A stretch of 64,000 nucleotides of DNA from a virus (Duplodnaviria; Heunggongvirae; Uroviricota; Caudoviricetes), in IMG/VR virus record IMGVR_UViG_3300033146_003879, positions 118,990 to 182,989 of that record; one strand, written 5' to 3'. The position numbers and the translations under genes were made by a program. The notes under the pieces were generated by a model. The model saw nothing but the letters and a program-made list of their open reading frames with translations. It was not told the DNA's origin and did not search any database. Positions 9,929 through 20,163 of the stretch are shown piece by piece. Position 1 is the first letter of the stretch. Every line of letters starts with the position of its first letter.

Positions 9929-11794
9929 TTATAGTAACGTGACTGCACACTCGTCTTTAATGATATTCTTCGGGAAAATTGACTCTGTTATAGGTAGTAT
10001 ATATTCTGTAGTATATAGTGCCCAGAGTGGCATAATATCATCTATGAAAGACAAGTCACTCAGAACGTGAATACCAGCTGTGGGGATACGTATTATTACC
10101 TTCAGGTGGGAGTTTTTGATGAGATCTTCCCAGATATAAGTATTGTATTCCTTTATTGTTACTCTATCTGGGAGAAGCTTATACTTCTCAGGAGATGTCG
10201 TTGTGAATACATCGTAGTTAGAATCTATGTCTCGTGTGAAGAAATCAAATGTTATTTGTTTCTGATCGGCACAGGGCGGCGGTGCTGTTGTGTATACCGA
10301 ATCGAGTGGAAAAAAAGAATCGGAGAAATCGTCCCTGACAAAGTAATCGCCGGGAGAAAATGTTGCAGTGTTACCGTCGAAATCAAGGTATGTTATTGCG
10401 GTGGCTGAGAGGGGTAGATGGAACACGTGGTACTCTTCACGGTGAAGCTGGTAGTCTGTTTGTGTTGGTAGTGTAGTAACGTCTCCTTTGAATATAAGGT
10501 TGCGGTAGCGCTCCCAACGCGTGCCGTCAGGTGCTACATAAAGAATGTCGCCCTTTACGTATGTCTGAGTATCTCCTCCCCGTTCTATCGGGTAGGATAA
10601 CACTATTGTGTCTGGTGTTACACGTAGGTAGTCTCCTGCTGCGTGAGGCGTCGCATCGAGGTCAAGGTCGCTAGGCACACTTGCTGTTCCAACATTATTG
10701 CGGAGCATTGCGTACTTGTAGTGCAGTGGTACTTCACCGGTTACATTTAATGTCGGTGTATACACACTAGCGGATACTGTTGTTGAAACCGGGGAATAGG
10801 GGTTTATTCGTACAAGGTGCTCACTGAATGTTGCTGGAGGAACACCTTCCTCAATAGTAACAACGGAGTGGAATGGGGTGTATACAGGAAGAGTTGCTCC
10901 GAGTAGTAGTATTCCATTATTAAACGGTATTGTGTTATCGAGTATGTATGTTTCTCTATCTGTCCTCACCTCTGTGTGGGTAGGACCTGGTGTTATTGAT
11001 ACAATAGTTTCTCCTTCATAAAGTGTTATAGGGAGTCCTATTATCGTATTTATAGATGCTTCCAGTGCGACCTTTGTTGTTCCGTGATAGTAGGTAAGCA
11101 TAAGCCCTACGATCTTTCTACGGTATTCTATTTCTGGCTCAATATCATTTATATCTCTGTAATATACCAGAGTTCCGTAGTCTCTGTAGAGAGGCCCTTC
11201 TTTAAACTCAATTCCCTGAAATAGGAATGATCCTGTGAGAACAGAGTAGGTCTTACCTGAGGGGCATACAATGTCACTGTGGGCCGCTCCCTTAATGGAC
11301 TCAATAGGGTCAACATCAAACCGCATGTAGTCTGTGAAACATGCGTAGTTTATGTCCTTTATCAGGAGAACCTCAGGAGCAAAATATCTATCTGTTACTT
11401 TTGAGACGTATTTTGTATCTTCGTAAAAAAGGTCGAACGATCCGAGGAAAGTAGAGAAACCACCAACCGGTTCATAGTGTTTCATAAGTACATTTCGCTC
11501 AATAAGGTATTCTCTGTCAACAGGAAGGAGGGTATCTTCGTCGTTGATGTTAACGAGTCTTCGTACTGACACGAACCGTACTGCAGCCGGACTTGTTATG
11601 TCCGCCAATTGAGGGTTAATACTGGCTTGCTCTGCGATTATCCCTTCAAGGATGTCATTCATAAGAAGGTTTCCCGCTTCAACAAAAGCAGCCTCCTTAT
11701 CGAAGGCGTACTTTATTACAGACCAGTAGAATGGCGTATTAACGGGTACGAGACTCATGTCTTGTATAATCATGTTACACTCCTGCTGGTACAA
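9929..11794 (-). CDS. hypothetical structural protein (621 aa)
   Basis: Long ORF in the structural block. Overlaps the next gene by about 20 nt, typical of operon packing. Confidence 0.5.
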   Translation of the reverse strand: MYQQECNMIIQDMSLVPVNTPFYWSVIKYAFDKEAAFVEAGNLLMNDILEGIIAEQASINPQLADITSPAAVRFVSVRRLVNINDEDTLLPVDREYLIERNVLMKHYEPVGGFSTFLGSFDLFYEDTKYVSKVTDRYFAPEVLLIKDINYACFTDYMRFDVDPIESIKGAAHSDIVCPSGKTYSVLTGSFLFQGIEFKEGPLYRDYGTLVYYRDINDIEPEIEYRRKIVGLMLTYYHGTTKVALEASINTIIGLPITLYEGETIVSITPGPTHTEVRTDRETYILDNTIPFNNGILLLGATLPVYTPFHSVVTIEEGVPPATFSEHLVRINPYSPVSTTVSASVYTPTLNVTGEVPLHYKYAMLRNNVGTASVPSDLDLDATPHAAGDYLRVTPDTIVLSYPIERGGDTQTYVKGDILYVAPDGTRWERYRNLIFKGDVTTLPTQTDYQLHREEYHVFHLPLSATAITYLDFDGNTATFSPGDYFVRDDFSDSFFPLDSVYTTAPPPCADQKQITFDFFTRDIDSNYDVFTTTSPEKYKLLPDRVTIKEYNTYIWEDLIKNSHLKVIIRIPTAGIHVLSDLSFIDDIMPLWALYTTEYILPITESIFPKNIIKDECAVTLL

Positions 11795-12284
11795 GCGTAT
11801 AGGTATATTCCAAGGTAAGTGCAGTTGCGTCGTCTATGTCGAGTGCCGATGAAAATGTTACTCGTGAAAATGCCGTGGTCGTGCCGCCGTGGTTCACGGA
11901 TACAGCTGCCATGTGTTGTGTTGTTGCTGGGAAGTACCCGGCGGGTATTCCTATCTCAAAAACAACTGAGGCGGGAACTGCAGGATCTGATGTGTATGCT
12001 ATTGTTGTAGATGAGGACACGGTAAGTGCTCCTTCCGATAACCCGGTTCCGTCAAGAGGGATGTCTGCGGTAGGAGGAGTTGTGAATGTTGTTGCTAGGG
12101 GTGCTTGTGAAGAGTCTTCGAGCGATAGTGTATCAGGTGCCAACAATGATGCAGGGTGTGCTGTGTAGGCAAGGAATGTTGCAAGGGCATTGACAGATCC
12201 AGTTGGATCAAGAGCGTTGAATTTGTCGACTATTTTGCCATTCTTCCTGACAAGTATTCTGCAGCGGCCTATTACTTTCATCAT
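11775..12284 (-). CDS. hypothetical protein (169 aa)
   Basis: ORF packed between two large structural genes. Confidence 0.4.
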   Translation of the reverse strand: MMKVIGRCRILVRKNGKIVDKFNALDPTGSVNALATFLAYTAHPASLLAPDTLSLEDSSQAPLATTFTTPPTADIPLDGTGLSEGALTVSSSTTIAYTSDPAVPASVVFEIGIPAGYFPATTQHMAAVSVNHGGTTTAFSRVTFSSALDIDDATALTLEYTYTLVPAGV

Positions 12285-12286
12285 AA

Positions 12287-15200
12287 TTATGACCCCTTCT
12301 TGACTGTTGAATATATCTTAACATTACGCATGCGCTGTGTTATTACTACTTTTCCTGGGCGGACGGTGGTGCGTTCTTGGGAGGCGAACTCATCAGAGTT
12401 TTGTGCTGTTAACAGCCCGCTATTTACTGTGCACGCAAACTTATTTTCCGTGTCAGCGGAGTACATTATTGCGTCCTGTATTGTTGAGTAAGGAACTAGG
12501 TCAGCATCTGTATCGTGAAAATAGAGAGGTAGGTATCCTATCGATACCGTGATTGGCACTGATAGCCCTGGAATAGATCCAGCATCTGACCATTGTGTGT
12601 GGTCTGCTGCTGTGTCGCCTACTTTTATTGCAGCTCGTGTTATACCTGAGTAAGGTGCTGTAAAGTCATCTGACAAAACAGTAGGGTCGGTACCCAACAC
12701 TAAGCCGTGATCGTGTAGCACATCTACTAGATCATCGACTAGGTCTATTTCTAAGCTTATTCCTAATGATAGGTCAGCAAATGCATTTATTGGGGAGATC
12801 TCTATCTCGTGATCTAGGTTTAGTGGATCAGTTGCTGTGCTAGGGGTGTTGAGTTTTATGTCTACGGCGATCTGTTCGAACGTGAGTTCCCGCAAAACAC
12901 TATCCGACACAGCCATGGCTATTGTGTGTAGAGTTGCTTTCCCAGGGACAGGCGGTGTATACATGTCAGGGTTACTAACAAGCACATTGTTGTCTTCAAA
13001 CACAATGTCAGTTGCTGTTCTTGTGATTATGAGAGGTGATGACACATCAGGGTAGTAGGAGAGATCACTGAGTGTATCGTTCATGGTCATGGTTTCAAGG
13101 GTTGTTTCTCGGGTACCATCAACACTGGATATGGTAGGGTCAGCAAGCTGTAGTACGTGGAACTCTCCGCTACTATCCTGTACGGAGGCGTCGTACTGTT
13201 GTCTTATGAATGTTGCGCTGTAGTCTTTCGCCGCTTCTGCCAGAGGAGGGTAGGCTACTATATCTTTGTTCCTTCCGAGAGAATCATCTCTATCAGCAAC
13301 GTACTTGGTAAGTCCTAGGTCTAATACAGTCCTCTCGGTACCTTTATATAAGTTGGTTATGTCGACACGGGTCTCCCCTGCTGCGTATACACCCGGGGTG
13401 CTCCTTATTAAGGTTACTTTTTTTATGTAGTTTGCAGCATCTACGTTGAAATACTTACGGGAAACACCGGGGGATACCTCTGATACTGCGTATACAGGAA
13501 GTGTAATCATTGCGAATGGAAATACCTTTGTTTTGTTTGCAGTAGAAGTTGCCCCTGCGAGCTTTATTTTCGATAACAGCCCTAAACTTTGCGCAAAGGA
13601 ACCTGAACCTAGATCTGAATCTGGACTATCTATTTCACGATAATAAGTAGACATTCTATATTTTTCTGAAGTGGGGTTGGTGTCGGTATTAGGCACTGTG
13701 TTTAACTGTATTGGGTTAAATACAAAAGTGTCGGATGCGGAGGTGGGGTCAGTTGTAGCATCAGTCTTTGTGGCAATTATTGATGGGTTAAACAAAGCTA
13801 TGTGAGCTATGTCGTATTGGGGTGCGGATGTATAGGTTGCTGCCCTTGATGATTCTATTGCTGGGTAGAACTTCTCTGTTGTTGTTGTTGCTGTTATGTA
13901 ATCTCCGTAAGTCGTGCTTGTTAAGGACTCATATGAAATCCCGTACACAAGAGCTAGTATGTACTCAGCGGAGAACAGTACAGATCTGTTTTTCGCACAA
14001 TTACCTCTAGCGCTAGAACTGAGCTTCAGGTCAGTATAATAGTCAACATCTACTGTGAAGTTGTCCACCATCGCATCCGGTAATGATCTGTTTAATGTCC
14101 TCTTTAAGTAAGTTTGTACCAGAGATGTGCTGTAGGTTTTTCTTAAAAGTGTTCTGAATCTTGTGAATGTATCGATTGTTAGTGTGTCGTGCGCTGGAGG
14201 TGGGCTGTAGTCAGAAAGGCTCTCCAAGACGTGCTGTACGTTGATGTATGTGTCTATGTTTGTGGCGGCAGATGTGAATACAGTTCTCCGTAACAGTGAT
14301 GCCTCATTATATCTGCCAAATGCTCGCTGATCGTGGCCGTTGGTCCCATCCGATCCCGCTACAGCGGTAGTGTAAATAGAATTAACTGTAGCGTCAACCA
14401 CCAGGTCTCCTGCTTGTCCGCCGAGGCGTGCTCCGGATGATTTGTCGTTTATTGCTATTGTTGTAGCTTGCCCCATTGATAGATTGCTTAGGAGATCCGA
14501 TAAAACGACGTGCATTGACGCCTGAGGCTCGTGGGTTATAGATATTGTGTCTGATATATCTCCGAAATGTATGGAGTATCCTGTTGCGGTGTCTCCTGTG
14601 TGTTCTATTTTTGTTTCATTAACGCCGCCGTATATACGTTTTGTGGATCCCCCGAGAAATAAGTTCAGAGATGAGTATATTGACGAATACCCTGTAAACT
14701 GGTCTCCTACTAATCCATGTTCAGGGGACTCAAGTGCAGGTAGAGGTCTTCTCATAATCGCTTGTTGAGGGAGAGGGGTGAATGGAGGTAACCCTTCACC
14801 ACTATTGGTTGTTGTTATAGCTCCGTTCGTCCCTATTATTGTTCCACCAGATCTAAAGTTCCCTACATTAACGCCGGGATCTCTCACATTACCTATGTAT
14901 GTGCTGCGTTTTGTTGCTCCTAGTATGTCTGTCACAACATACGCTTTTGGTTCTGCCCCGTGGGCATTGGGAGTTATTATGTTTATGAAACCTGTTGGTA
15001 GTATTGCCCCGACATATACAGGTGTTGTTGGGCTAGGCGTCCCTAGTAACAAAGGGATGAGAGGCAGTGTGTATGTTGTTGGTGATATTCTTTTCCATCT
15101 ATCAACGTGTATATTGTTTAAGTCGCTCGCCAAATCCGTTACCTCAATAGAGAACCCAACAGCAGATACTGTCTCAGGGTTTATCAACAACTCGGTACGC

Positions 15201-17101
15201 TTAACTGAATCAGGGTACACAGAAGATCTTCTGTTTATCAGCTCATAAAGAGCGGTAAACATCTGATCAATATACACAAGACTATCTTTTCCTGGTATTG
15301 TTGTGGTAGCCTCGTCTTGTGGTACTACTGGCCCTAACATTGTTGGAAATAGGTCTTTGTATGGCGCCGATGGGGTACCTCCCCACTCCTCTATGGCGTC
15401 GTAGGTTACGTTTGATAAGCGGGTTGCACCACCCGAAAAGAAACTTCCTCCAGACCCCGTCGACATAACGATGCTCGTCTCCCCTGTATGGAGAAAGTAG
15501 TCGAGATAATCATCGAGGTTTATTACTGTTCCATCAAGGAATGTTATCTTTTTCTCAGTAACAGTAAACATAGGTAAGAATGTGTCCTTCATGTATGCTG
15601 TACCGTCGCCAGGGTCAGGTGCACCTGTGTTGTGGTACAGGTAAGGATTGTTCTTATGGGAAGGTTTGTAGATGTCCCAAACTGGTACTTTCAGGCTTGG
15701 GTCAAACGTAGGATCTAGTTCTGTTGTTCCAGGCGCCATATTTGCTATAGCGTGTCCTAGTGATGCTGGTATGAATGCAAATTGAGCACTGGATGATGAT
15801 CCGTTTAAGTATTCGAAGTTTGTGTTTCCGGTTGAGGTTACGGTAGGGGTGTCGAACATTGATTTTTGTACCCCTTCTCTAGCAACAACAAATCCATAAG
15901 TTCCTGTATTTATGAAGTTAGCGTCGTATTTGGGGTGACCGTTTATCTCAGTGCTTGTGAGTTCGCCTGACACATCCCCTCGAGAAAACAAGAAGGGGTG
16001 GTGTCTTCCGTACGTAGGAACATCACCGTCATCAAGAGGTAGTTGATCATCAAATGAAACAGGTCTACCCTCAAACACAGGAGGAAACGCCGATGCTCCA
16101 GGGATCTCTATTCGGACACTACGTGGTTTTATTGTGGCTATGTAAGGTTTTTCTTCTCGGTTCTTCATGAATGTCATGTTGAGAGGGGTGGTCAACAAGG
16201 TGGATGGTGGTACTACCTCAGGGAATATCTTAACGTGAAGCGGGAATAAACCGTCATTAAACGTGCGTGCTGACCCAGCTGTAACAGACCCTAGTGCAGA
16301 TAACAAGTCACCTACAGTCATACTTGCAATGTCACACACAATGCGAATTGTAGTATACCTCTTTTTATTGTCAATAAGAACAGGATCCTCAACAAACGTA
16401 CCGTGCTTGTCTGCCTCAGTATTGTGCTCAACGATAATCGAGATGTTGTGATGTACTGCGGTCGTAAATATATCAGGGTTAGCACCCCCCTCATCAACGT
16501 ACAACATAAGAACTGTTTCTGCGTCGAAAGGAGATGGTTCGTCAGGTGATAGAGGTATCGCATGGTAGTATTCACCGTAACCTCCGAGCCCGTAGTTAAG
16601 AATCAGGGTGTAAGCGTCAGCTGTGTCAATAGATCCTGAAGAGTCCCAGTTACTTGCTGCCGCAAATCGAACCGGAACATATTGTAAGAGACGGCTGCCA
16701 GGAACACTTGTTCCGATAACACCAGAAAGGTCTCCCGGTTTCCATACTCGGATATTCACATCGCGGTCTTTCTTGTAGTAAGGGCTTCCGTAGGTCGCTT
16801 CCGGTGGGGGAGGAACAGCCGCAGGATGTCCCACAGCAGTTGCGCTAGGTTCACTTTGAGCGCTCATATACAGTTGGATCTTATCGAGGAACAACCTATG
16901 CTCAAGGCTTGACACCTCACTTTGGTTAATCCCATGCATTAGGCTAACCATCCGAGAATAAGCAGAACTACCGTAGAGCTCCGATTGACGAACGGGGTCA
17001 CAGTCCTTGTAAAAAATACCGCTGTTCTTAATGTTGTTCTTTTTGTAATCGCGAGCCATGAGTCTCCTCCTTGTTGTCACATCGAAATTATAGTAGAACA
17101 A
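12287..17101 (-). CDS. giant structural protein (1604 aa)
   Basis: Uninterrupted 4.8-kb ORF. First gene of the minus-strand structural operon, downstream of an AT-rich divergent control region. Confidence 0.6.
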   Translation of the reverse strand: MFYYNFDVTTRRRLMARDYKKNNIKNSGIFYKDCDPVRQSELYGSSAYSRMVSLMHGINQSEVSSLEHRLFLDKIQLYMSAQSEPSATAVGHPAAVPPPPEATYGSPYYKKDRDVNIRVWKPGDLSGVIGTSVPGSRLLQYVPVRFAAASNWDSSGSIDTADAYTLILNYGLGGYGEYYHAIPLSPDEPSPFDAETVLMLYVDEGGANPDIFTTAVHHNISIIVEHNTEADKHGTFVEDPVLIDNKKRYTTIRIVCDIASMTVGDLLSALGSVTAGSARTFNDGLFPLHVKIFPEVVPPSTLLTTPLNMTFMKNREEKPYIATIKPRSVRIEIPGASAFPPVFEGRPVSFDDQLPLDDGDVPTYGRHHPFLFSRGDVSGELTSTEINGHPKYDANFINTGTYGFVVAREGVQKSMFDTPTVTSTGNTNFEYLNGSSSSAQFAFIPASLGHAIANMAPGTTELDPTFDPSLKVPVWDIYKPSHKNNPYLYHNTGAPDPGDGTAYMKDTFLPMFTVTEKKITFLDGTVINLDDYLDYFLHTGETSIVMSTGSGGSFFSGGATRLSNVTYDAIEEWGGTPSAPYKDLFPTMLGPVVPQDEATTTIPGKDSLVYIDQMFTALYELINRRSSVYPDSVKRTELLINPETVSAVGFSIEVTDLASDLNNIHVDRWKRISPTTYTLPLIPLLLGTPSPTTPVYVGAILPTGFINIITPNAHGAEPKAYVVTDILGATKRSTYIGNVRDPGVNVGNFRSGGTIIGTNGAITTTNSGEGLPPFTPLPQQAIMRRPLPALESPEHGLVGDQFTGYSSIYSSLNLFLGGSTKRIYGGVNETKIEHTGDTATGYSIHFGDISDTISITHEPQASMHVVLSDLLSNLSMGQATTIAINDKSSGARLGGQAGDLVVDATVNSIYTTAVAGSDGTNGHDQRAFGRYNEASLLRRTVFTSAATNIDTYINVQHVLESLSDYSPPPAHDTLTIDTFTRFRTLLRKTYSTSLVQTYLKRTLNRSLPDAMVDNFTVDVDYYTDLKLSSSARGNCAKNRSVLFSAEYILALVYGISYESLTSTTYGDYITATTTTEKFYPAIESSRAATYTSAPQYDIAHIALFNPSIIATKTDATTDPTSASDTFVFNPIQLNTVPNTDTNPTSEKYRMSTYYREIDSPDSDLGSGSFAQSLGLLSKIKLAGATSTANKTKVFPFAMITLPVYAVSEVSPGVSRKYFNVDAANYIKKVTLIRSTPGVYAAGETRVDITNLYKGTERTVLDLGLTKYVADRDDSLGRNKDIVAYPPLAEAAKDYSATFIRQQYDASVQDSSGEFHVLQLADPTISSVDGTRETTLETMTMNDTLSDLSYYPDVSSPLIITRTATDIVFEDNNVLVSNPDMYTPPVPGKATLHTIAMAVSDSVLRELTFEQIAVDIKLNTPSTATDPLNLDHEIEISPINAFADLSLGISLEIDLVDDLVDVLHDHGLVLGTDPTVLSDDFTAPYSGITRAAIKVGDTAADHTQWSDAGSIPGLSVPITVSIGYLPLYFHDTDADLVPYSTIQDAIMYSADTENKFACTVNSGLLTAQNSDEFASQERTTVRPGKVVITQRMRNVKIYSTVKKGS

Positions 17102-17294
17102 AACAACAACGCAAATTTTTTAAGCAAAACACAAGAAAAACATAAGGTAGAGAAAATGTCAATAATCCTATGTGCGCGGGTGGCGCGGTATTAATTCTTA
17201 CGCGCGTTCGCGCCGGCGTAACTATTCTCTATATATTTTTTTCTTTCTTTAAAAAAGTTTTTTTCTGAGAGGAAACTTTTAAAAACGTGATTTT

Positions 17295-17570
17295 AGTCCC
17301 CAAATCAACGTAACTACCTGATAATACTACATGCACTTGGGGACTACTCGGGGACTTACTCTGATATTCGGGGACTTATTCCTCCTTTGCAAAGTAGCAT
17401 TAGTTGTATACTTTATTTAGTATCACAAGTGATACGTTAGGTTTACTGTAGTATACAATCCAAATAATTAAACGTCTTGTGTTCGTGTTTTTGTGTATTT
17501 CTGTGCAATGCTAGTCCCCAGATTTGCCGAGTAACTCCCCGGATCTTGGAATAACTCCCCAAATTTACCC
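17295..17570. promoter_or_regulatory. divergent control region with about 7 GGGGACT / AGTCCCC repeats
   Basis: agtcccca at 17295 and 17513, ggggact x3 at 17337-17385, actcccc at 17544 and 17564. Lies between the starts of 12287..17101 (-) and 17721..20115 (+). Confidence 0.45.
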
Positions 17571-17720
17571 TTCTGTTTTTCGCCACTTTATCCTCTTGTT
17601 TATTTTTGTGTGCGGCATTTTAATTAGACGCATATTTAATCAACAAATTATTTTTAATCAACCAGTACTTCCCCTTGTTATATACCCTATAATTAGAGTG
17701 ACGTTATTTTGGAGGCATAA

Positions 17721-20115
17721 AATGCATAATGTAAAACCGTATCAAGTTAGAAGACAAGCGGATGGTGAGCTCCACCCTGTAGCTATAACGGAGAGGCTAC
17801 TCGCTGTTCGTGACAAACAGTACTCAAGCCCTGTATTATTGCTTCGAGAACAACCCTACCTGCTTGATGGAACACCTACTGTTGCTGTGACACGTGTGTT
17901 AGCAGTGAGTTCACCACTAACAGAGGTTGCTCCTACGGCCGTTGTTCCTATAGAGTCCTTTGTTGTTAGTTACACAGAAGGCATTATATACCTGAACGAG
18001 TCTGAGGTCCCTACCGGAAGTGATGTAAGTGCTGCTTTATATATAGTAGAGTATAGTGGGCTAGGTACACTCGTCAGCACAAGAGATATTCTCAGCCGAG
18101 ACGCTGATGCGTCAAACGCGAGTGACACAAATAGTGCTCTCCAGCGCTTTAACGTAACAGATTCTTACAAACTGGACCCCTCATCATATACGGCGTCTGC
18201 ACAAACAACAGCAGACTCAGTCAATGATGTCTTCTCCTTCGTCCTCTCCGGGGTATATATAACTGTTGCGCGCAATTCTACGGTCTCGTTTATGGAGATG
18301 GATAGATCCACAGCAACACTGAACGCAGTAGCAATAACATCAGACGCGATACCTAATCTAGCAGCCTCAAACCCTGCAGATATATGCATCATATCAGAGT
18401 CTGCTACTGCAATACACGACGGGCTTGGCGGCTTACACTTATTTACCTTGTCAGGAACCTCTTCCGGGACAGCGCGCCGCCTCAAAGTAACATCATTTAA
18501 ACTAGGCTTTACTCCGATAAAACTTGCGGTATTATCACCAGGGAACGACTCTATTATTGTGACATATGTCATGGGTAACGGTACTGGTGCTTATTCCACA
18601 GGGTATTTGCGCTTAACATCCGGACTTATGTTGTTTGATCAAGTAAACATAGACATAAGTAGTCACATAGATACCGGGTTTATTGATATACTCAGTGTGT
18701 CCTCAATACAAGGACCAAACACAACATTTAGTATTTTACAGAGCACCGGAGGAACAACAGTAAGCGTGACGTCGCTGTACTTCAATAGTTATATTTACGA
18801 CGCTCCTGCAGGAGAAGTTATAAGAACAGGAACCCTACCATTTTCAGGGAACATGTACTCCTTCGCCGCCGGCTACGGACCCGACGGCTCTGTTGTAGTA
18901 GCAACGTTTGCCTCATTTACTATGGGACCAAATCTCTATACTACAGCAATACACCCAGATGGAGAGTGCACTACCCTAACCTTCCCGCTGATGCCGAACG
19001 AACAGATTGTGAGCACCACCCGATCACACGGACTCTACATAGGTGTTACTCGCTACCTCGACGGCTCGGATGTGCACTTAAGAACAGCGTTATTCGACTT
19101 TGCAAATTATGAGATAAGCCCCCCTTTAGACATAAATGCATCCGTCACAATCGGTCCGGTTGCACACAGAGAGAACCTTTCTGTATTTACCTATGAATAC
19201 GGAGGCTTTGCCCAAATTATTTACTACGACAACCGCACAGCGAGTAACACGAAGTACGTCCTTGACTATGCGCGGTTCGACACAAAAAGAGACGACTGCG
19301 TACATCCTGACGGACTGCTCCAATGGGAAGGCGACGTCATTAGTGACGAGACTTACATAGACGATACAACACCAGGAGTCCAACTTACTCTGCTAACAAC
19401 ATGTAAAGACACAGAGATTGAGGCAAATTCAGCAGGAACAATCGAGGCTACCGTAACAGGAAAACAAGATGTAACAGGGGACGTCGCGAGCTTCAGAGTT
19501 ACTGCAACTATTCATAATGATGGAATGGCAACAACTATTGTAGGGACCCCAACAACAACAGTACTCGCGAGCACGGCTGGTGCTACAGGCTGGGTAGCGC
19601 GCGCATACAATGCAGGAAACTATCTTATTATCTTTGTACATGCAGACGGCTCTACAAACAACGTACACTGGTCAGCAGAAGGGTTTGTTGTTAAAACAGA
19701 ACTACCTGCAGTTTACACACCAGGAAGCCTTGCTGTATGGGAAGGAGAGACGACAACAGATGAAACTTACGTCAACGATACGACACCAGGAACAAAGTTC
19801 ACATTAGTGCCGGCATCAACAGTAGATACACTAGCGAGTGGTGAGATTGCCAACGTATCAGCTGTAGTTACTGCCGCATCTGTTTCTGGTGAAGCTGCAA
19901 GCTTTAGAATAGAAGGGACTGTGCAGTATGACGGATCCACAACAATTCTTATAGGAACACCTACCGTGTCTGTTCTCGCAGCGTCTGCCGCCGCAGTTAC
20001 ATGGAGAGCACGTGTTTACTTCGATAGCAATCAGATCGTTATTTATGGACACGGGGACGGTAGTGGCGGCGACACTATTACTTGGAACGCCAAAGGTATT
20101 CTTATTAAGTTCTAA
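17721..20115 (+). CDS. tail-fibre / receptor-binding-like protein with internal ~130-aa domain duplication
   Basis: Start at ATG 17721 is preceded by ggagg. Two C-terminal repeats (TYIDDTTPG...WSAEGFVVK and TYVNDTTPG...WNAKGILIKF). Ser/Thr/Gly-rich composition typical of fibres. Confidence 0.5.
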
Positions 20116-20116
20116 T

Positions 20117-20154
20117 GAAAAAAAGAAAGCCCCCAACACGTAGTGTGTTAGGGG
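20117..20154 (-). terminator. rho-independent terminator for the minus-strand lipoprotein gene (hairpin cccccaacacg-tag-tgtgttagggg plus U-run on minus)
   Basis: GC hairpin at 20130-20154, followed on the minus strand by UUUCUUUUUUUC (20117-20128). Confidence 0.55.
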
Positions 20155-20163
20155 TGAACATAA

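Noticed and set aside
12337-16575. Numerous 60-160 aa ORFs on both strands inside the 1604-aa gene (and similarly inside 4..4761, LigA, and others)
   Set aside because: They are embedded in long, well-supported ORFs, have no independent RBS, and are typical shadow frames.
17166-17218. GC-rich element upstream of the 1604-aa gene as a terminator
   Set aside because: It lies upstream of a gene start with no upstream co-directional gene to terminate and has no adjacent U-run. More likely a regulatory or structural DNA element; noted under the GGGGACT finding.
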